Below the pieces are notes generated by a model, which searched no databases, was not told where the DNA came from, and saw only the letters and a list, made by a program, of their open reading frames with translations. Source: a virus. Taken from it: a DNA stretch of 64,000 nt. The stretch's first letter is position 1. Each line of letters starts with the position of its first letter. This document shows positions 1 to 10,665 of this stretch, piece after piece. The position numbers and the translations under genes were made by a program. The stretch lies in the IMG/VR virus record IMGVR_UViG_3300024350_000006, one strand, 5' to 3'.

Positions 1-1
1 A

Positions 2-1845
2 ACAACTGTTCGTAGAGAAATAACTAACCTAGGACCTACCCCAGGATATAGTGCAGAAGTAGCTCTACTGCAAAGTAATAATGTAGCAATAACTGGTAAT
101 CTGCTACCAAGTGCAAATGTAACCTACGATCTAGGTAGCAATACTGCACGTTGGAACGATTTGTATATGTCTGGAACTACGATTTATCTAGGCAACATAC
201 AGTTGTCCAGCGCAGGTGGCGTATTAAATGTAACAGATAGTGCTAATAGCCCAGTTGCATCTAATGTATCCGCTCTAAATGCTACTGGCAATATTACTAC
301 ATCAGGCGGTTGGTTTATAGGTAACGGTGCCTTCCTAACAGGGCTACCAGCTGGATATACTAACTCAAATGTAGCTGCCTACTTACCAACCTACACAGGT
401 ACAATTACAGCGGCTACAGTTAATGCTGCCACTATTGGTAATGCAGGAGCTATTATTACTGGCACCAATGTTACAGCTACAAGCACAGTAACCGCTGCTA
501 CAGTAAACGCAGCCACAATTGGTAACGCAGGTGCAGCAATAACTGCTGCTAGTGTAAGTGCTGCTACAATTGGTAACTCAGGAGCCATTATTACTGGTAC
601 TAATGTTACTGCTACAAGCACAATGACAGCAGCAACAGTTAATGCTAATACAATTGGTAACACAGGCGCCACAATAATTGCTGGTACTGTTAGCGCAGGT
701 ACAGTAGGTAACACAGGAACTACCTTGGTTGGTACCTTGACAACTGCTGCACAGCCCAATATAACAAGTGTTGGTAACCTAACTTCACTAGTTGTTAATG
801 GCCCAACAACGCACGTTGGTAATATTGACATTACTGGTAACATTAATGTTTACAGTGGCAACCTAAACTACTCAAATGTCTCCAGCTTTGTCGTTGGTGA
901 TCCGCTAGTGTACTTTGGCGATAATAACCAATCTAACATTGTAGACCTAGGTTTTGTAGTTGGTTATAATCCTGGAGTTTACCAACACGGTGGTTTTGTA
1001 CGCGATGCAACTGATGGCGTTTGGAAACTATTTGGCAATGTTGTAGCAGAACCTACAACTACAGTAGACTTTACAAACGCAATCTATCAACCCATACAGA
1101 CTGGTGCTATCACTGCTAACGGTAATATCACTACAACAAGTAATGTTAGCGTAGGTAATCTATTATTGAGCGGTAACATTATAGATACCGGCGCTCTAGG
1201 CATTAACTCTGGTGCCAATGGTGACATAATACTAAATGCTGGTTCTGGAAGTGTTGTCCTTAATAGTGGCGTACTAAACGGACAAGCAAACACAGTTGGT
1301 AACATTGGTAGTAGTACTAGCGTCTTTAATACTATTTTTGCAGTAAATGGTAATTTTGGTAGCGGTACAGTAACACTAAACAACATTGTAAATGGTGGCG
1401 CTAATGCTACTGTAATATTGGTAGTAGCACTACTTACTTTAACACAGTGTTTGCAAAAGCAACCAGCGCACAATACGCTGACTTAGCTGAACATTATTCA
1501 ACAGATGCTGAGTACGAACCAGGCACAGTTGTGATGTTTGGTGGCGATAAAGAAGTTACAATTTGCGCTGAAGATATGAGCCGTAGAATTGCTGGTGTAG
1601 TATCCACCAACCCTGCTTATATTATGAATGCCGGCATCCTAGAAACTAGCGTGGCTGTGGCACTCCAAGGTCGAGTACCAACCAAGGTCAAAGGTCCAGT
1701 GCGCAAAGGTGATATGATGGTCAGTGCAGGTGATGGTTATGCGAGAGCCGAAGACGCTCCTGTACTTGGTAGCGTTATAGGTAAAGCACTTGAAAACTTT
1801 GACGGAGACCTAGGCGTAATAGAAGTAGTAGTAGGTAGAATTTAA
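2..1845 (+). CDS. tail fibre / virion structural protein, 5'-truncated by the window, apparent 1-nt frameshift near 1412
   Basis: Frame open from base 2; G/N/T/A-rich repeats (TAATVNAATIGNAGA); C-terminal 'ATSAQYADLAEHY...GTVV...GVVST.PAY.MN...VAL.GRVP.KV.G' domain typical of these tail fibres lies in another frame (ORF 1447..1845). Confidence 0.7.
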
Positions 1846-1904
1846 ACTTCTAGAACTTTGTATTAATAGCAGGGGCTAGGCCCCTGCTAAATTAAGGCTA
1901 TTAA

Positions 1905-2654
1905 ATGCAAAAATTATACAGAAAAGATTATCTAGGTGAGTATTTAATCACTGGCCTGGATCGTGTAGGCGGTAGAACAATCTATGATAGAGTGTGGATG
2001 CCCAACACAATTAACAATTACAATACTGGCTATGCGGTTGTATTAGGTAATGGTCCTAGCAGACAGTACCTTAATCCCCATACTGAAATGTATTACCAGC
2101 ATATGGGCGGAATGAACGCTAGTAAAAAATTAACAGTATATGGTTGCAATTCAGTTTTTAAAGAAGCAAAAGTACATTTTTTAGTAGTTAACAATCCAGA
2201 AATTGCAAGACAAACTGTAAATTCAGGATATGCTGACAATAATGTAGTACTAACAGGTAGGGCAAATATTGAACTTTTTCCTAATAAATTTCATTTAGTG
2301 CCCTATAATGTTAAAATGAATGCCGGTGCTATAGCTACATATCTAGCAGCATTTGATGGACATCACACTGTTTATCTAGTAGGAGTAGATCTAGACAATT
2401 ATCCTCGAGGGCAAAATTCAATCTATCACGATACACCAGGTTACCCAAACGGTCATAAACCCATTAATTACAGACGTTGGGTTCAAGAATACAAAGAAAT
2501 TTTTGAAACTTATAATGATGTAAACTTTGTAAGAGTGTCGCGTGGTGTTAACAGTCCTATTCCCGAAGAATGGGCTAGATTGCCTAACGTAGAACAAATG
2601 CCCTACGATAGATGGAAAAAGATAATTGATCTTGGAGCACAGGGAGCAGGCTAA
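1905..2654 (+). CDS. MptE-like / sialyltransferase-like fold protein
   Basis: VVLGNGPS, YGCN and YLVGVD motifs. Confidence 0.45.
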   Translation: MQKLYRKDYLGEYLITGLDRVGGRTIYDRVWMPNTINNYNTGYAVVLGNGPSRQYLNPHTEMYYQHMGGMNASKKLTVYGCNSVFKEAKVHFLVVNNPEIARQTVNSGYADNNVVLTGRANIELFPNKFHLVPYNVKMNAGAIATYLAAFDGHHTVYLVGVDLDNYPRGQNSIYHDTPGYPNGHKPINYRRWVQEYKEIFETYNDVNFVRVSRGVNSPIPEEWARLPNVEQMPYDRWKKIIDLGAQGAG

Positions 2655-3097
2655 TTCTGTTCTTGTTCTCGAATTTTATCTCTGTTTGCTTTTACATTAA
2701 AGGTTCGCCAAACTCCTGGGTGCAAAGGTTTAGGATAATCGTCTAATTTAACCCAGCAGTATCCCTTGTGCTCTTGATTTAGTTCAGGAACAAACTCTTC
2801 ATCTACTTTAATTAAAAAAGTATGATAGGTAAAATTATTTTTTGTATTATGGTAAGTTTCTATTGGTACAAAGATAGCATCACTAATACTGCCGCCAAGC
2901 TCCTCGCCAATTTCTCTACGTAATCCGTCAAGCACAGTTTCATTAGCTTCTATTTTTCCACCAACAATACCCCATTTGTTAGCTTGACGCCCATTGTTGC
3001 GCAACAAAAACAAATATCTCATAGTTTTTGTGCATAGGATAAGGGAACCACAATTAATACTGGGCTGTTGATCTGATTTTAAATTATTAACTGCCAT
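2651..3097 (-). CDS. NUDIX hydrolase
   Basis: Nudix box GGKIEANETVLDGLRREIGEELG; true start may lie slightly downstream. Confidence 0.85.
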   Translation of the reverse strand: MAVNNLKSDQQPSINCGSLILCTKTMRYLFLLRNNGRQANKWGIVGGKIEANETVLDGLRREIGEELGGSISDAIFVPIETYHNTKNNFTYHTFLIKVDEEFVPELNQEHKGYCWVKLDDYPKPLHPGVWRTFNVKANRDKIREQEQN

Positions 3098-4692
3098 TGG
3101 CCACCTTTGTAGATTCCTTCGTAGGTCTTAGACCAATTGCCATTGAAGAATCTATAATGCATATTGGTGTTAAGATTTACGACATATTCTACACTATCTG
3201 CCAGGGTACTGTCAAAACTTACTACCCAGTGTGTGCCTGTATATTGAATAATATCATTTGCGTGAGCAGTTATTCTTGTACCATCCACTCCTAACCAATT
3301 ATAACTGTAATCATCTACATCGTAGCCTTCAGCATCAACATTGTAGTCATAGGCTAACAAATAACGTGTGCCCTGAACGGGCTCAGGAAGTTCTTTGCTG
3401 GGTCTATTTTTCCTAGGATCAATTATAGCGTTTACTGGATTTAAGGTGGTCTGGGGTACACTGTCTATATCAGCAGTCCATAGTAAAACATTGTTATTGT
3501 TGGGGTGGTAGGCTACAGTGCCTACTAGTGTATTTTCACTGTCTATTTCATATTTAATTCTAGTACTACCGCTTACTAGATTACCATATAACACTACCAG
3601 ATCTCGCCAATTGTGACTTTGCCCTATTTTTTCTGGCATTGCAGTAAAGCTAAGTCTATCATCCACGCTTACATTAACAAATTTATTAACAGTAACCACG
3701 TTTTCGTCCACACTGACTACTGTTGTTAATACTCCACCTATATTGCTTACCATTCCGGGATTTATATCAAAACCGGAACTTAAGGTAATACTAGTATTAC
3801 TAGACGTATTTGCGGTTGCCCTTTTCCATATATTAACACCCAGGGGGTCTACCGTGGGACTAGAATATTTTACCAGTTGGATTTCCGCAGTGGGATTAGC
3901 GTAATCGGAACTGTTTACTTTAGTTACTAATATACTATAATCTAAAGGTGTATAGTAATTTCTAGTAAACAAATTACTGTCATCCAAGATAGCGTCTGAT
4001 ATTTCACCATTAACGTCATAGATACTTGAAATAATTTTATGTATTACTCCCTGGCGTTTCACAATAGCAGGTGGGCTAATCCAAATTGGAACTTCAAATG
4101 TCAAAGTACTAACATCAATATTGTCTCCAGTTCCAACTGGTACCGTTCTGTTAGTAAATCCTGTATCAGTTAACAGTACATAACTAAGGCTACTCCAGTC
4201 TATATAATTATCAGTGCTTTGCACCTCAATCGCTGGATTAAAGATACTACATATCTGTTCTAAAAGCTGAAGTTTTTGCTCAGTATTACTAGTCCAAATA
4301 TCTAATTTTATTGTCAGTGTGTAGGGCACTGGCATCATTCTTTCTACTGTGACTGCGTCCCCCTGTTGCGTAGTGTAGGCGCCGGTCAAAGGATCAATAG
4401 CACGTTGTGTTAGGTGTAATTTGCTTACAAAACTAGGATTCTGTACTCGGTTACGATCGTAACGCATAGCAGCAATATAAGCTGACATAGCTGGAACACT
4501 GTTTAAATAGTTTTCACTATTATTTTTAAGAATAGCTAATGCCTGTTTAGTGCCGTCACCATAAATTACAGGAACTCTTTTTAAAGACTTTACATTATCT
4601 GTATTAAACTCAACATAAAAATTACTTAAAAGCCTTATAAACTGTGTTAAAAAACGTCTTACCTGACCGTCGTAAAAATAACCGCTGTGCAT
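3079..4692 (-). CDS. tail sheath stabiliser / terminator (T4 gp15-like)
   Basis: N-terminal YFYDGQVRRFLTQF, VPVIYG, MPVPY..LDIWT..QKLQLLEQI..FNP; next to neck genes. Confidence 0.7.
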   Translation of the reverse strand: MHSGYFYDGQVRRFLTQFIRLLSNFYVEFNTDNVKSLKRVPVIYGDGTKQALAILKNNSENYLNSVPAMSAYIAAMRYDRNRVQNPSFVSKLHLTQRAIDPLTGAYTTQQGDAVTVERMMPVPYTLTIKLDIWTSNTEQKLQLLEQICSIFNPAIEVQSTDNYIDWSSLSYVLLTDTGFTNRTVPVGTGDNIDVSTLTFEVPIWISPPAIVKRQGVIHKIISSIYDVNGEISDAILDDSNLFTRNYYTPLDYSILVTKVNSSDYANPTAEIQLVKYSSPTVDPLGVNIWKRATANTSSNTSITLSSGFDINPGMVSNIGGVLTTVVSVDENVVTVNKFVNVSVDDRLSFTAMPEKIGQSHNWRDLVVLYGNLVSGSTRIKYEIDSENTLVGTVAYHPNNNNVLLWTADIDSVPQTTLNPVNAIIDPRKNRPSKELPEPVQGTRYLLAYDYNVDAEGYDVDDYSYNWLGVDGTRITAHANDIIQYTGTHWVVSFDSTLADSVEYVVNLNTNMHYRFFNGNWSKTYEGIYKGGQWQLII

Positions 4693-4705
4693 TATCTATC
4701 CTTGA

Positions 4706-6085
4706 TTAATTATCTGCTTCGGGTGTTAGGCCCTTGCTCAATGACACCTGTGTGGGATGTTGACGGCCATCATAACCAGTATAGGTGCCTGCTGTAGTTC
4801 TAAAATATTCTCTTTGTGTTTTATTTTCGTGACTATTTGGCGTTAGATCTGTTCTACGGAAATCTTCTACTTTGGTCCAGCGACGCCCATCATATCTAAA
4901 TAATCGGTTAGGCACGTAGTCAGTACGTAAAACGTAATCTCCTATGTTAGCACTAGCAGGAAAACTTGTTCTTGCAGCAACATCCAGGCCATTGGGAGTA
5001 GAACTTCCACTTATATAGGCGTCTAGTGCCTTTTGGGGAGTGAGCAAACCAGCATCAGATTGTGTGACCCTACTATCTGTGTGCAGTGTAGTGCTGTCAG
5101 TTCTAGTACCTAAAGTGTCACCACTACCCTCATCTATCCGTTTACTTCCAATAAAAAATGGAGTCGTATCATAACCTGAAGCAGGTACGTCAATATCTGC
5201 TTGATTTATTATTGCATCATTGATGTTTAGTAACTTGTCGTAGTTACTTAAATAGTTACCCACTGGTGTGGTTTCATCAGTGCCAGTAATCTTGTTAATA
5301 ATATCCTTGTATTCCTGACTATCCACCAGGGGTGTCATTTTTACACGTACAAGGTGAGGCCACCAGGTTTGGCTAAAGCCCTCGGCTGCAAATATTACCT
5401 CTTGAACTACGTAAAATCTTTTTAGGGCCAGTGGTATATCATTGTCTAGGGGATAATAGTCTGTGAGGTGTGGTAGTTCTATAACATCTCCACTAAGTAT
5501 TTTTCTACCTAGTGCAGCCACAGTGTCATTTAAATGAAAAGTCATTAGCACTGTATCAGCACTTAAAAATAGACCAAATTGTGACAGGTCGTAATCGTGG
5601 TCACTTACCTGATAAATTCCTCTTAGGCTATAGATACTGCTATCATATTTTCTATCACGATTTTCTAAGAATAATAAATCCTGGATGTTCTGTTCTGTTT
5701 GATTAGTGTACACTGGGCGATCAGCACTACGCCAAAAAATACTAATGGGCTGCGTTGTACTGATAGTTTCTGTTGTATTAATACTTAAATTCACTGTGTT
5801 CGCCACAGTGTTTACAGCAGTAATTGTGGTATTCGCTGCTAGCCCTGGGCCCTGTACTACTTGCCCTATAGATAAATTCACCACCGTGTTATGGCTAAAA
5901 CTTAAACTTGACACATTGGCATTTGCGGTGCTGGTCAGGGTATAACTATTGGCATAGTTGTTGCTACCAAGATATTTGTGTAAATATACTCCAGTACCAC
6001 CAATTGTAAATATTTCGCTCACACGGCGATCTATAAACTTATAATCGTTACTATGAGCATTTTTCCATAATGATAAGCGTGGCAC
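4706..6085 (-). CDS. neck / head-closure protein (T4 gp14-like)
   Basis: MPRLSLW start, QDLLFLENRDRKYD, LSQFGLF, GDVIELPH motifs; synteny. Confidence 0.6.
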   Translation of the reverse strand: MPRLSLWKNAHSNDYKFIDRRVSEIFTIGGTGVYLHKYLGSNNYANSYTLTSTANANVSSLSFSHNTVVNLSIGQVVQGPGLAANTTITAVNTVANTVNLSINTTETISTTQPISIFWRSADRPVYTNQTEQNIQDLLFLENRDRKYDSSIYSLRGIYQVSDHDYDLSQFGLFLSADTVLMTFHLNDTVAALGRKILSGDVIELPHLTDYYPLDNDIPLALKRFYVVQEVIFAAEGFSQTWWPHLVRVKMTPLVDSQEYKDIINKITGTDETTPVGNYLSNYDKLLNINDAIINQADIDVPASGYDTTPFFIGSKRIDEGSGDTLGTRTDSTTLHTDSRVTQSDAGLLTPQKALDAYISGSSTPNGLDVAARTSFPASANIGDYVLRTDYVPNRLFRYDGRRWTKVEDFRRTDLTPNSHENKTQREYFRTTAGTYTGYDGRQHPTQVSLSKGLTPEADN

Positions 6086-6141
6086 TTTGTAGAATCCTTG
6101 GGTTATTATATATTTACTTATATTTACCCTATTTGAAAGCT

Positions 6142-6170
6142 TTGACTTTTACGCTGAGTCAGTGTATAAT
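6142..6170 (+). promoter_or_regulatory. sigma70-type promoter
   Basis: TTGACT-17 nt-TATAAT. Confidence 0.75.
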
Positions 6171-6182
6171 GGATCTAGAAAA

Positions 6183-6443
6183 ATGAATTCCTACGCAGAA
6201 TATCGGGAAAAATTAGAAAATTTAACCAAATTGGCAAAGTCTATTGCCAATGGTGAAGCTAGCAGTCAGCTGCTGAAAATGTTAAATTCTAGTTATTCTA
6301 TACTCAACGATATCAATCAGGAATCAGTTACTTGTCGTAGACTGAGGCGAGAAACACCGGATTTTATTAATTTGAAAAACAAGTTGGACCAATATATAAA
6401 AGATGTAGAATATTGGTTGACTATTGCTCAACTTACTTACTAG
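6183..6443 (+). CDS. hypothetical protein
   Basis: ORF directly after the promoter. Confidence 0.6.
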   Translation: MNSYAEYREKLENLTKLAKSIANGEASSQLLKMLNSSYSILNDINQESVTCRRLRRETPDFINLKNKLDQYIKDVEYWLTIAQLTY

Positions 6444-6451
6444 GAGTTATT

Positions 6452-7582
6452 ATGGTTAAAGTTGCCCGAGTTAAAAATGATCTTAGATCAAGCCATCTGG
6501 GAGACGAAAAATATACAGGTTCCGAGCCACATTGGGATACTGAACTAGCTTTAGAAATGTCTCAATCTGAGTTTGATGGCCATCTTAGGAAAAGTTTTTT
6601 CTATTATAACTACCATTTTACACAAAAAGACCTTAAAAAATATGTTGTAGAATGGATGCAACAAAATAACTATTCTAAGTCTGATCTATCTGCTTTTATT
6701 AGGAGTCCTGATCGCAGCATACCTATAACAGCCTGTAGTATTGCTAGAGCTCATAAACGAGGTATGCCATTGCGGAAGCGTGAGATAGATTTTCTTAAAA
6801 CCAGTATTATAAACGCTATTGAACAAGCTGAGCCTGTTGTTGTAGAGGAAATTAAAACTCCCAATCAGGTAGTAACGATCCAGGATAGGCTTAATGAAAA
6901 AACAAGTTTGACTATTGGGGAACTGGAAGGCTACTATGATGACCTGGAATCTATTAAGTTTTATGATTTTCTAACTACGCAGAACGTTGCACAGGCACAA
7001 TTGGGCAAAATTGAAAAAGTTTATCTAGATAGGCGTGCGGAATTAGAGACTGCTCAGACCAAGAAAGATGCACAGTTAGCAGAAGCCTATGGTCATTTTA
7101 AAGCAGCCGACTTTAAAAAACGCTATGCCTGGATAGATGGTTTATTGGAAGCAATAGATCAGTATAGGAATGTTAAACGTGCAACCAAGAAAACAAGAGT
7201 TAAACGAGCGCCCAACAAAGAGAAACTTGTTGCCAAATTAAAATATCTTAAAGAAGAAAAAACACTTAAACTAGTAAGCATTGACCCTACTAGTATACTA
7301 GGGGCACAGCAACTTTGGGTCTACGATAGCAAGACCCGAAAGCTTATACAGTATATTGCTGACGCAGTAACGGGGCCGTTGGGAGTCAAAGGAACTAGTT
7401 TAACTGGTTATGATGCTGCAAAGAGTGTGTGTAAAACACTGCGCAAGCCTGAAGAACAACTAAAGTTGTTTGCTAAAGCTGGTAAGGTAGAACTACGGAA
7501 GTTTTTGGCAGGAATTAAGGCTGTGGAAACACAGGCTTCTGGACGTATTAACGAGAATCAAATATTACTTAAAGTTGTATAA
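6452..7582 (+). CDS. conserved hypothetical phage protein
   Basis: Long basic ORF with AGGAG RBS. Confidence 0.65.
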   Translation: MVKVARVKNDLRSSHLGDEKYTGSEPHWDTELALEMSQSEFDGHLRKSFFYYNYHFTQKDLKKYVVEWMQQNNYSKSDLSAFIRSPDRSIPITACSIARAHKRGMPLRKREIDFLKTSIINAIEQAEPVVVEEIKTPNQVVTIQDRLNEKTSLTIGELEGYYDDLESIKFYDFLTTQNVAQAQLGKIEKVYLDRRAELETAQTKKDAQLAEAYGHFKAADFKKRYAWIDGLLEAIDQYRNVKRATKKTRVKRAPNKEKLVAKLKYLKEEKTLKLVSIDPTSILGAQQLWVYDSKTRKLIQYIADAVTGPLGVKGTSLTGYDAAKSVCKTLRKPEEQLKLFAKAGKVELRKFLAGIKAVETQASGRINENQILLKVV

Positions 7583-7584
7583 TA

Positions 7585-8271
7585 ATGGATATTGCAGCAG
7601 ATTTAAAAAATAAAAGAGTGCTAGTAACCCAGGCCAACGATATGATGGGCCCTGCCATTGTGCAGGTGTTTCAAGAGCTGGGAGCAAGAGTTACTGCGGA
7701 CATCAATACCCTTGAAGATCCTGACTATCCCCAAACTCTTATTAGCAAAGTAGGAATAGTTGACGTCCTAATAATTGGGGCAGGAATACCTGGAGATAGC
7801 AATAAAGCTGAAAATGTAACCGATGAAATTTGGCGTAAAACTTTTGCCTATACGGTTGATCCCTTGCCTAGACTGGTAAAAGCAGTTCTTCCACAAATGT
7901 TGTTACGTAAATCAGGAAAAATTATTGTAATAGGAAGTGCCGCAGCTCTAAAAGGTCAAGATAGATCTACAGTATATAGTGCAGCTAGGGGAGCTCAATT
8001 ATCCTATATACAGGCACTTGGGGTAGAATTAGCCGAGCACAATATACAGGCAAATGCTATAGCACAAAATTTTGTAGAAACTGAAATGTATTATCCTAAA
8101 GAAACGATATCTACAGAAGCACTACAACAAACAATAAAACACACTGTACCCCTTGGGCGTATGATGTCACCCTTCGAAAGTGCCCATTTTGTTGCCTACC
8201 TAGCTAGCTCATACGCAGACTGTTTTGTGGGGCAAATATTTCCAATATCAGGAGGTTGGGTCACACGCTAG
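7585..8271 (+). CDS. short-chain dehydrogenase/reductase
   Basis: Rossmann-type N-terminus, GKIIVIGS, YSAAR (YxxxK-like), ISGG end. Confidence 0.8.
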   Translation: MDIAADLKNKRVLVTQANDMMGPAIVQVFQELGARVTADINTLEDPDYPQTLISKVGIVDVLIIGAGIPGDSNKAENVTDEIWRKTFAYTVDPLPRLVKAVLPQMLLRKSGKIIVIGSAAALKGQDRSTVYSAARGAQLSYIQALGVELAEHNIQANAIAQNFVETEMYYPKETISTEALQQTIKHTVPLGRMMSPFESAHFVAYLASSYADCFVGQIFPISGGWVTR

Positions 8272-8302
8272 GTCAAAATAAATAAAGTCAAGGACAACCA
8301 AT

Positions 8303-9490
8303 ATGCCACAAACACTTAATTTATCTACTGCCTATAACAGATCCAATCTGGACAATCAAACTCTTAACCAACAAGACAATCTTAGTGTTTATGCCCTAAG
8401 CTTAGACGGCCCCGGGGTCATTAGCCAAGATCAAGCTATAGCAGTTAACGAACAAATCCAGACGCTGAATCAACTAAGAAATGATATCATTGATTATGTT
8501 AGATTGAGATTGGGTGATCAAATAGTAGACGTAGAATTGGATAAAGAGCACTACGATATAGCCATTAAACAAGCACTTACTAGATATCGTCAACGTGCTG
8601 GCAATGCAGTAGAAGAAAGCTTTGTGTTTCTAGACTTACTGCCTGAAACTCAGGAATATATACTACCTAACTATATAGACACAGTCAAGGCTATCTACAG
8701 ACGAGGCATAGGAAGTGTGACAGGCACTACAGCTAGCCAATTTGAACCGTTTGCGTCAGGATATCTTAACACCTATATGCTAGTAGCTGGAAGAGTGGGC
8801 GGATTAGTTAACTATGAACTGTTTAGTCAGTACCAGGAACTTGCAATGACTATGTTTGGTGGCTATATTAATTTTACCTGGAACAAAGTTACTAAAAAAC
8901 TATCGCTTGTAAGAAAACTGCCCTCTCAGAGCATAACCTATTTCAGGATCGCAAATGTTAATATAACTGGCACAGCGGTGGGTTCGGATATTACATTTGT
9001 TCTTTCTCAAGCACAACCTGTTATAGCTGGGGATACTTTATTTGTTAAAAATTGCCAACTAGAAGGATACAATGCTCAGTATAGAGTAAAAAGCGTAGCT
9101 AACAATAATACAGAAATCACAGTGGAAGCCCTGCAAGAGCTAGGATCAAGTCTTACTAGTGGCCAAATAGCCGAGCTAAAAGTACATAGCCCACAGATTG
9201 ATGGTTTTACGGAAAGTGTAATTTTGCACGTTTACAATACTAAACCCGACAGTATGTTAATAAGTGATCCACAGATCCTACCCTGGATTCAGGATTATAC
9301 TCTTGCATTCTGTAAAAGTATTCTGGGGCAAGCTCGTAGTAAATTTACTAGTGTAGCAGGTCCTCAAGGAGCAGGGCAATTAAATGGAACTGCACTTCTT
9401 GCTGAATCACAGCAAGAAATGGATCGCCTAGACGAAGAACTAAAGCGATATATTGACGGTTCTCAGCCACTTACTTGGGTAGTTGGTTAA
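8303..9490 (+). CDS. neck protein (T4 gp13-like)
   Basis: YVRLRLGDQIVDVEL, WIQDYTLAFCK.ILGQARSKF, GAGQLNG motifs. Confidence 0.8.
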   Translation: MPQTLNLSTAYNRSNLDNQTLNQQDNLSVYALSLDGPGVISQDQAIAVNEQIQTLNQLRNDIIDYVRLRLGDQIVDVELDKEHYDIAIKQALTRYRQRAGNAVEESFVFLDLLPETQEYILPNYIDTVKAIYRRGIGSVTGTTASQFEPFASGYLNTYMLVAGRVGGLVNYELFSQYQELAMTMFGGYINFTWNKVTKKLSLVRKLPSQSITYFRIANVNITGTAVGSDITFVLSQAQPVIAGDTLFVKNCQLEGYNAQYRVKSVANNNTEITVEALQELGSSLTSGQIAELKVHSPQIDGFTESVILHVYNTKPDSMLISDPQILPWIQDYTLAFCKSILGQARSKFTSVAGPQGAGQLNGTALLAESQQEMDRLDEELKRYIDGSQPLTWVVG

Positions 9491-9514
9491 CATCGTCTAA
9501 TAGATTGACTAGTG

Positions 9515-9547
9515 ATCCTGTATAGTATATCCTATACAGGATTTTTC
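9515..9547 (+). terminator. intrinsic terminator
   Basis: ATCCTGTATAG/CTATACAGGAT hairpin plus T-run. Confidence 0.6.
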
Positions 9548-9557
9548 TTGGATTGTT

Positions 9558-10208
9558 ATGAATAAAAAAATTATAGGACTAGCTGGCTGGATAGGAGCAG
9601 GTAAGGACACCGTTGCGGATTATTTGGCAACACATCATCATTTTAGAAGGGAAAGCTGGGCAGGATCTCTTAAAGATGCTGTGGCTACTATTTTTGGCTG
9701 GGATAGGGAAATGCTGGAAGGACTAACTTCTGAACACCGAGCCCAAAGGGAGATCGTAGACGATTGGTGGGCTACGAGACTAAAAATACCAAATCTGACT
9801 CCTCGCTGGGTATTACAAAAATGGGGCACTGAAGTTGCAAGAACAGCTTTTCACAATGATATCTGGATAGCCAGTTTAGAAAATAAGCTAAGAAATACCC
9901 AACAAAATATAGTTATTAGCGACTGTCGCTTCCCCAATGAAATTAAAACAATACAAAAACTAGGTGGAGAAGTCTGGTGGGTATCCCGAGGTGAATTGCC
10001 TGAATGGTATAATGTAGCCTATAGACAAAATACCACAAGCTACGATGCTCATTGGATACTACAGGATCAGACTCAATTGATGGAACAGTTATATCCCGAT
10101 GTACATCTAAGTGAATGGGCCTGGGTGGGCTCGGAATTCGATGTTATTATAGAAAACAATGGTTCAATCCAGGATCTTTGCCTAAGCATTGATCAAAAAA
10201 TAAACTAA
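9558..10208 (+). CDS. deoxynucleoside monophosphate kinase (T4 gp1-like)
   Basis: GWIGAGKDT P-loop, TPRWVLQKWGTE, ISDCRFPNE. Confidence 0.9.
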   Translation: MNKKIIGLAGWIGAGKDTVADYLATHHHFRRESWAGSLKDAVATIFGWDREMLEGLTSEHRAQREIVDDWWATRLKIPNLTPRWVLQKWGTEVARTAFHNDIWIASLENKLRNTQQNIVISDCRFPNEIKTIQKLGGEVWWVSRGELPEWYNVAYRQNTTSYDAHWILQDQTQLMEQLYPDVHLSEWAWVGSEFDVIIENNGSIQDLCLSIDQKIN

Positions 10209-10561
10209 TCAGATCTAACATTACTTTCTCGCCAGTGTAATTTACTATATTGAAGTTCCACTCTACAATTTAGACACACAGTTTTTAAGTTGTTGTGATC
10301 ACAGTTTCTAAGATCTCCATCTAGATGAAATACACTGGACTGTTCGGGGTATTTTACTTTAAATCCGCACCTTTCACATAGGTTCTTTTTCCTGTAACCA
10401 GCCTTGATCCAGCCCTGAAGTTGTGGTGGGACTTTTTTACCTATTCGTATACACGCATCACATAATTTTCTATAGTAGATTCTGCCTGTATTATGATTAT
10501 GTTTGTTGACTGCTACTGGGCGTAGGTGACAAGTTGGGCAAATTTTACGTCGTTCTATCAT
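10205..10561 (-). CDS. Zn-finger / HNH-like protein
   Basis: Several CxxC pairs; VFHLDGD..N...NLKTVCLNC. Confidence 0.6.
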   Translation of the reverse strand: MIERRKICPTCHLRPVAVNKHNHNTGRIYYRKLCDACIRIGKKVPPQLQGWIKAGYRKKNLCERCGFKVKYPEQSSVFHLDGDLRNCDHNNLKTVCLNCRVELQYSKLHWRESNVRSD

Positions 10562-10620
10562 ACATTTATTTAACGAAACCGTAAGTAAGGGCATTTTAGT
10601 ACCATTTTTTCTAGCCAAGT

Positions 10621-10628
10621 GCTAAATA
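10621..10628 (+). promoter_or_regulatory. late-promoter-like (GC)TAAATA; copies also at 14758, 17771, 26686, 29812 and TATAAATA at 37394 and 44105
   Basis: Recurs just upstream of structural genes; resembles the T4 late promoter TATAAATA. Confidence 0.6.
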
Positions 10629-10665
10629 ACTATAACGACTATTAAGTTAGTATTAGGAGAACAAA

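Noticed and set aside
400-740. Tandem DNA repeats
   Set aside because: Degenerate coding repeats of the tail-fibre protein.
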